64,000 bases of DNA. Origin: an uncultured archaeon (GTDB taxonomy: Archaea; Aenigmatarchaeota; Aenigmatarchaeia; CG10238-14; SCSR01). Below, piece after piece: positions 59,251 through 64,000 of this stretch (positions within the stretch are counted from its first letter, which is position 1; each line of letters starts with the position of its first letter). The stretch is from positions 101 through 64,100 of the forward strand of contig CAZEGD010000003.1 in assembly GCA_964512235.1 (NCBI GenBank), read 5' to 3'. The position numbers and the translations under genes are program-made. The notes under the pieces are model-generated. The model had not been told where the DNA came from, made no database searches, and worked only from the letters and a program-made list of their open reading frames with translations.

Positions 59251-59300
59251 ATTGTAGTCTGGCTTTGTGGTGAGTTAAAAAGGATAAAAGGAAATAAAAA

Positions 59301-61601
59301 ATGAAAAAGCTAATCGCAGGATTTATAACTGCGCTAATGGCTCTACTAACTGTAGCGGCTCCGACATTGGCGGCTTCAGCACTGGGAGACTATCCTGGTT
59401 TGCTTGCAGCAACCGATGGAACATTGGACGCTTACGTGGTAGTTGGTACAGGCGGTACCGATCCAGCTGGTCTGGCTTCAGATATCGCAGGTGCTATTAA
59501 CATAGCCGTTAGATTAGCTGAAGTTGGAAAGACGTCAACAAGTGTATCGTGTGAAGGCGTAAGTGGCGCCGTAACAGGAACAGAAAAAGACACATGTCTA
59601 TTAACAACGCCTCTTTCACAAACAGGATGTTTGCCGGCAAGTGGTGTGTTAAAGAATGCACATTACTCAGGTCTGGCAGATACTACCTATGCATGGCGTA
59701 CAGACGACTATGACTTTCGTGAGCAGGTAAATGTGGCTGGTGTAGCACTGAGCCATGATTTGGCTGTCAGTAACGTTAATGGTACTGAAACGATGGTTGT
59801 AGAGACTGGCGACATAATATATCAATGGGTGGTCGAAGAGACACTCAAGGGTACAGGTAGCATAGCCGATCCTAACTATACATATCCAGTAAATATTGAG
59901 ATGCTTGGTGAAGCGTTCTCGATAGTCGGTACTGGAAGTACTAGTGTAAAGATGCTTACAGGATCTATTGGAACAGCGACAGCAACATCAGGCATAACAT
60001 ATGGTGATTACACCGCGTATTCAGATCTAGGTAGCGATGCTGCTTGGGCGAGAGTACAGATTAAGGATGCTGCCGATAACACAGTCGACACTCTGATAAT
60101 CAACGATGGAGAGAGTAAAAGCTCGACTGCAACAGGTTTGACTGTGCAAGTCACACAAACCAGGGCTTTGACAGATGGAACCATTGTGGGTGCAGATTTG
60201 GTTGTTGGTCCATCCACACAAGGTGTAGTCAAGACATACGATGTTACAGCCGATGTAACTTCAACAGGTACATCAAGCGACAGATTCCCAGGAGAGACTA
60301 ACTGGGGAGTTCAGGTTGAATCAGGAGACTTCGGAACCGATGGTCAACTAGTCGCAACTGACATAATTGAGGTAATCTACAAACCTAGCTCTACACAGTA
60401 CATAAAAGCTGGTGGAAAGGTTACCCTACCAAACGATTACGCAGACCTAGGATTCGAAGGTTTCAACACTAACAAGTTCGCAACAATAACCATTCAGCCA
60501 TTGAGTGGTACTGTATCTGCTTACAATTACAGTGCAGACACCCAAGCTTTCGGTAGCTTGAGTGGATTCGAGATAATCAGTGACGTTGGAGGCACAATAA
60601 TAAGTCAGGTAAACTCAAACGCATTTACCAAGGCTTATATATTGTACAACTACTCCACTCCAGACGAGTATCCAGTGATGATTGGTTTCTACGATTCCAG
60701 TAAACAGAAGATTATGGTAAACGGTAGTATCATAGAACCAGGTGTAGCAGCCGATACAACCGAATATGTTACCAAGAGGTTGAACGCAAGTAGTGGAGAT
60801 AATGTTACCTACGAATTCACACTATGTTACAGTAATTCATGTGAAGACAATCACTATCTGACTGTGGTCTTGAACGGATCAAATCTGATGTCGTTGATGC
60901 AACTAGGAAACTCATCAGCAAAGACAAGCGTCAATGTATCATACACAAACAAGACTGCTCCGGGAACATCAAATGCAGCAGAGTTCAAATTGGGTATTAC
61001 TGCAGCATCTGCTGAGACTACAGAAGTTGTAGCAACAACTGCAGGTACGGCAAGGAATGCAGGTAAACAATCTGGAGACGTGGTAGACGATACAGGAATA
61101 ATACTAGTGAGTACAGCGACATATGGAGGATCTGACAAAGTAGTGGTAAAAGTACCATTCAAGGCTCTGAGAACAAAGATTTACTTCGGTAAACTTGGTA
61201 CGGGAGTCACAGGAGATACAGTTTCATACGATAGCTATCCGTCAATTCCATTGACATCTGCTGTAGCTAAACTTGACAGCGAGGTCGGAACTACTGAGAA
61301 GGCGAAAAACCTCATCTCAATTGGTGGATCTTGTGTCAACAGCGTCACGGCAGACGCTCTTGGATTGACATATCCGACTTGCGGTGCAGCATCAACTATC
61401 CCAGAAGACAAAGGTCTCATTAAGGTAGTCGATGACATATTCACGACCGGAAAGGTTGTGGTAGTAGTCGCAGGTTGGGAGGCAGCTAACACAAGAACAG
61501 CAGCAAGCGTATTGCAACAGTACGATACACTATTGACTGGTCAGACTGCAGCATCAGTAGAAATAACTTCAGCTACAAGCGCAGGTATAACAGCGGTGTA
61601 A
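59301..61601 (+). CDS. Putative S-layer / major surface protein (766 aa)
   Basis: Sec signal peptide (…LLTVAAPTLAASA), T/S/G/A/V-rich beta-type composition with few charged residues, a 420-bp AT-rich upstream region, and a C-terminal VVVVAGWEAANTRTAASVL motif reminiscent of methanogen S-layer proteins (from memory). Confidence 0.7.
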   Translation: MKKLIAGFITALMALLTVAAPTLAASALGDYPGLLAATDGTLDAYVVVGTGGTDPAGLASDIAGAINIAVRLAEVGKTSTSVSCEGVSGAVTGTEKDTCLLTTPLSQTGCLPASGVLKNAHYSGLADTTYAWRTDDYDFREQVNVAGVALSHDLAVSNVNGTETMVVETGDIIYQWVVEETLKGTGSIADPNYTYPVNIEMLGEAFSIVGTGSTSVKMLTGSIGTATATSGITYGDYTAYSDLGSDAAWARVQIKDAADNTVDTLIINDGESKSSTATGLTVQVTQTRALTDGTIVGADLVVGPSTQGVVKTYDVTADVTSTGTSSDRFPGETNWGVQVESGDFGTDGQLVATDIIEVIYKPSSTQYIKAGGKVTLPNDYADLGFEGFNTNKFATITIQPLSGTVSAYNYSADTQAFGSLSGFEIISDVGGTIISQVNSNAFTKAYILYNYSTPDEYPVMIGFYDSSKQKIMVNGSIIEPGVAADTTEYVTKRLNASSGDNVTYEFTLCYSNSCEDNHYLTVVLNGSNLMSLMQLGNSSAKTSVNVSYTNKTAPGTSNAAEFKLGITAASAETTEVVATTAGTARNAGKQSGDVVDDTGIILVSTATYGGSDKVVVKVPFKALRTKIYFGKLGTGVTGDTVSYDSYPSIPLTSAVAKLDSEVGTTEKAKNLISIGGSCVNSVTADALGLTYPTCGAASTIPEDKGLIKVVDDIFTTGKVVVVVAGWEAANTRTAASVLQQYDTLLTGQTAASVEITSATSAGITAV

Positions 61602-61634
61602 ACTGCTGTTGAATCTGGGTCATATTTGACCCCC

Positions 61635-61648
61635 TTTTCTTTTCTTTT
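61635..61648 (+). terminator. Oligo-T tract downstream of S-layer-like gene
   Basis: TTTTCTTTTCTTTT lies about 35 nt after the stop. Archaeal termination commonly uses T-runs. Confidence 0.4.
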
Positions 61649-61710
61649 ACAATCTTAGCGCAAGCTACATCAAAGAAAGCTTTTAACTTTTCACACACAA
61701 TAATTCTAAT

Positions 61711-62316
61711 ATGGCTAGTAAAGATAGCGTGAAATTAAGACTAAAGTTCTCGCGCAATATGAAGATAGTACTGTTGATTTTTGCACTGGTTATTGTGGGA
61801 GGTCTAATTTATAGTGCGTATAATACTTACCTCTCTCCAAAACCGATAACTGCTTGGAACTATTATGGACAGACTTTAAATTTTCGCGCTGATTTAAGAG
61901 CCGCGGACAAAGTACCAGTATATCCGAGTGAGGATGCAGTCTATCTCGATCTCGTACACGGACTTGCAAAGAATGTGACGATTGTATACAAATACATAGA
62001 CGAGCCAGCAAGTGCAAATGCCTATTATACAGTACAAATCTTCCAAATCATACGAAACATACTTCCAGCATACGAACATGTGTGGAAATTTACACCTAGC
62101 TTCAATTTTACAGAGGTGGATTCATATGAGAACTTGCCAGGAAAGATACAGAACCCGATAATAGCAATAGTGCCGCCTCCTTACTCGGATGAAACTGCAA
62201 TAAGGACAGATTACCATGTCACCTATTTGAAAGCAAAGACGTACGAAGAATTGGATTTAGTCGTTACGAAGCTGTTGATGATTGCACTGAATATAGACTT
62301 GGAAGAGGCTATATAA
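61711..62316 (+). CDS. Hypothetical N-terminally anchored protein (201 aa)
   Basis: Single TM helix (IVLLIFALVIVGGLIY). No family recognised. Confidence 0.6.
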   Translation: MASKDSVKLRLKFSRNMKIVLLIFALVIVGGLIYSAYNTYLSPKPITAWNYYGQTLNFRADLRAADKVPVYPSEDAVYLDLVHGLAKNVTIVYKYIDEPASANAYYTVQIFQIIRNILPAYEHVWKFTPSFNFTEVDSYENLPGKIQNPIIAIVPPPYSDETAIRTDYHVTYLKAKTYEELDLVVTKLLMIALNIDLEEAI

Positions 62317-62376
62317 ACCCAGCATTTTTATCCAAAGCATTTGAATATTTAAGTCGAATAATATTTTAGTGATTTT

Positions 62377-63609
62377 ATGATTAAGATACTATTTTTACTT
62401 TCCGTGACGTTTATAGGAATTTACCTAAATGTGTGGTTCCTACTGATAGTTCTTGGTAACAAGTCCAAGATTAGAGAAAAAAAGAAAGTAACAAGACTAC
62501 CTTCAATTTCGATATTGATTCCGGCTTATAATGAAGCTAAGACTTTATATAAAAGCTTGAATTCAGTACTCAAGCTAGACTATCCAAAGAACAAATTGGA
62601 AACGATAGTGATTGACAACGGTTCTACAGACGATACTCTAAAAGTTGCAAAAAAGTTCGCAAGATTCAAAGTGCGCACTTTCAGGCTAGCGGTACGTAGC
62701 AAGACAAAAGCTCTAAATCTAGGATTAAAACATGCAAAGGGTGAGTTAATAGGCGTGCTGGATGCGGACACATTCGTTACCAAAGGATGCCTGAAAAAGA
62801 TGATAGGACACCTTGATGATGACCGTGTCGGAGCAGTAACAAACCATGTAAAAGTTGCATCCCCACACAAGCTACTACCATCCATACAAGAGATAGAATA
62901 TATATTCTCGGCTTTCAGTAAAAAACTGATAAGCCTGATAGGCGCATTGTACATTGTGCCAGGTACGTTGTCTTTGATTAGAAAAGACATTATAGAAAAG
63001 ACAGGCTTTTCTGAAGATACTATAACGGAAGATATGGATATTGCACTCTGTATGTTGAAGAAAGATTATAAAATTGTGAATGCTATCGATGCAATTAGCT
63101 ATACTGAAGTACCAACATCGTTCAGAGGATTGCTCAGGCAGAGGGTGAGATGGTACAGGGGATTCCTACAGAACGTGAGGAAGCACTCAGATATGATTTT
63201 CAACAAAAGATATCCACATTTGGGATGTTTTATACTTCCCTTTTCAAGTTTCTTTGCAATATTTATCGGTGTAGTCCTTACGACTCTTCTAGTCTTTGGC
63301 ATGATTCGGAATGTTTTCTTTTTTGCAAAAGACATCCTTTATATGCCAGTTCTTGAAAAAATCGGTATGAGCATAGGTAATATATCTTTGGTAAATTTCA
63401 TCATGGAACCTTACTCTACGATAACTTATGTTATAATAATCTTGGGATCGTTTATAACACTACTTATATCATTCAGATATTTGAAAATCAAGTTAAAGAA
63501 AAGGCTTATAATCTTGCCACTCTATTTCTTTATTTACTATAACCTCATAATGCTGTTTTGGATAGTTTCAGCCTTCTTGGAATTAATAGGATGGAAGAGA
63601 GAGTGGTGA
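62377..63609 (+). CDS. Processive-type glycosyltransferase family 2 with membrane domain
   Basis: ILIPAYNEA, DNGSTDDT, LDADT (DxD) and QRVRWYRG (the Q(Q/R)xRW motif), plus 4-5 C-terminal TM helices. This is the layout of PgaC/IcaA/chitin or cellulose synthase-like enzymes. Confidence 0.85.
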   Translation: MIKILFLLSVTFIGIYLNVWFLLIVLGNKSKIREKKKVTRLPSISILIPAYNEAKTLYKSLNSVLKLDYPKNKLETIVIDNGSTDDTLKVAKKFARFKVRTFRLAVRSKTKALNLGLKHAKGELIGVLDADTFVTKGCLKKMIGHLDDDRVGAVTNHVKVASPHKLLPSIQEIEYIFSAFSKKLISLIGALYIVPGTLSLIRKDIIEKTGFSEDTITEDMDIALCMLKKDYKIVNAIDAISYTEVPTSFRGLLRQRVRWYRGFLQNVRKHSDMIFNKRYPHLGCFILPFSSFFAIFIGVVLTTLLVFGMIRNVFFFAKDILYMPVLEKIGMSIGNISLVNFIMEPYSTITYVIIILGSFITLLISFRYLKIKLKKRLIILPLYFFIYYNLIMLFWIVSAFLELIGWKREW

Positions 63610-63615
63610 AAAATA

Positions 63616-64000
63616 ATGGCCAAGCGTACAAAAAGTGAGAGCACAAATGGCATAAGTCTATATGTGAAGACTTTCATCATTTCAGTGGCGATTTTTTCAT
63701 TCGGACTCATAGTCGGTCTATTCATAGAGAACTTTTTTGTATCCGACCTCTCTGCACGCGCGAGGATAATAGAGAATTCAGTGCGAGAGATAGAGCTTGA
63801 GATGCTTTATTTCCAAGAATTAACAGATACTGAGTCGTGTGGTGCTTTAAATGAAATAGTGAGGACGACGAACAATAACTTGGATACTCTTGCAGGTGAG
63901 CTTACACAATACTCGGAAAAGAATGTGTTATTTACGGGTAGTGAGATAAAAAACGTGAAGACGACATACACATCAATGCTGATAAAAGACTGGTTGTTAC
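63616..64000 (+). CDS. Hypothetical N-terminally anchored protein, 3' end cut by window edge
   Basis: Read by hand: ATG at 63616, MAKRTKSESTNGISLYVKTFIISVAIFSFGLIVGLFIENFF..., with no stop through nt 64000. Absent from the ORF track because it is open-ended. Confidence 0.55.
   Translation, partial: MAKRTKSESTNGISLYVKTFIISVAIFSFGLIVGLFIENFFVSDLSARARIIENSVREIELEMLYFQELTDTESCGALNEIVRTTNNNLDTLAGELTQYSEKNVLFTGSEIKNVKTTYTSMLIKDWLL

Overview
This is an archaeal chromosome segment of moderate GC with no rRNA. The gene content fits a small-genome uncultured archaeon, possibly DPANN-like, but lineage cannot be fixed from this window. Housekeeping genes I recognise: FeoB (partial), Trm5 and Taw1 (wyosine pathway), diphthine synthase, Alba, PCMT, NMD3-like, aIF-1A, a Pno1/Dim2-like KH protein, topoisomerase VI B and A, tRNA-splicing endonuclease, S17e, EndoQ, acetyl-CoA synthetase, and AMMECR1 plus the AmmeMemoRadiSam radical SAM enzyme. 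There is also a co-linear AMP-salvage operon (R15P isomerase, form III RuBisCO, AMP phosphorylase). I read eight tRNA genes by eye, four with introns, and an SRP (7S) RNA. The stand-out is a cell-surface island of about 23 kb (about 5.6-28.8 kb). It holds seven paralogous polytopic membrane proteins of a family I cannot name and a block of coiled-coil, UBA-like and HAD-like cytoplasmic proteins. It also holds a non-archaellar type IV filament machine: a 749-aa PilB/ArlI-type ATPase, a PilC/ArlJ-type platform, and eleven prepilin-like genes that all have a K-G leader junction. Most of these prepilins are cysteine-rich, and the last is a 1139-aa pilin-anchored putative adhesin. A convergent zinc-ribbon membrane protein with a Cys-rich ectodomain closes the island. 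Second-tier observations: a conserved K-loop-like (D'/C' box-like) core shared by the tRNA-Trp and tRNA-Leu(CAA) introns, positioned to target C34; a 14-nt non-canonical tRNA-Thr intron at 30/31 with a bulge-helix-loop motif; short direct repeats bracketing single orphan genes, one of them a duplicated tRNA-Val 3' end; a triple TGCTCAG half-site motif present twice; a catalytically dead S2P-like protein next to a membrane Lon-like peptidase; and a small protein with a ribosomal-stalk-like C-terminal tail. All family assignments come from motif recognition by eye. No database search was run.
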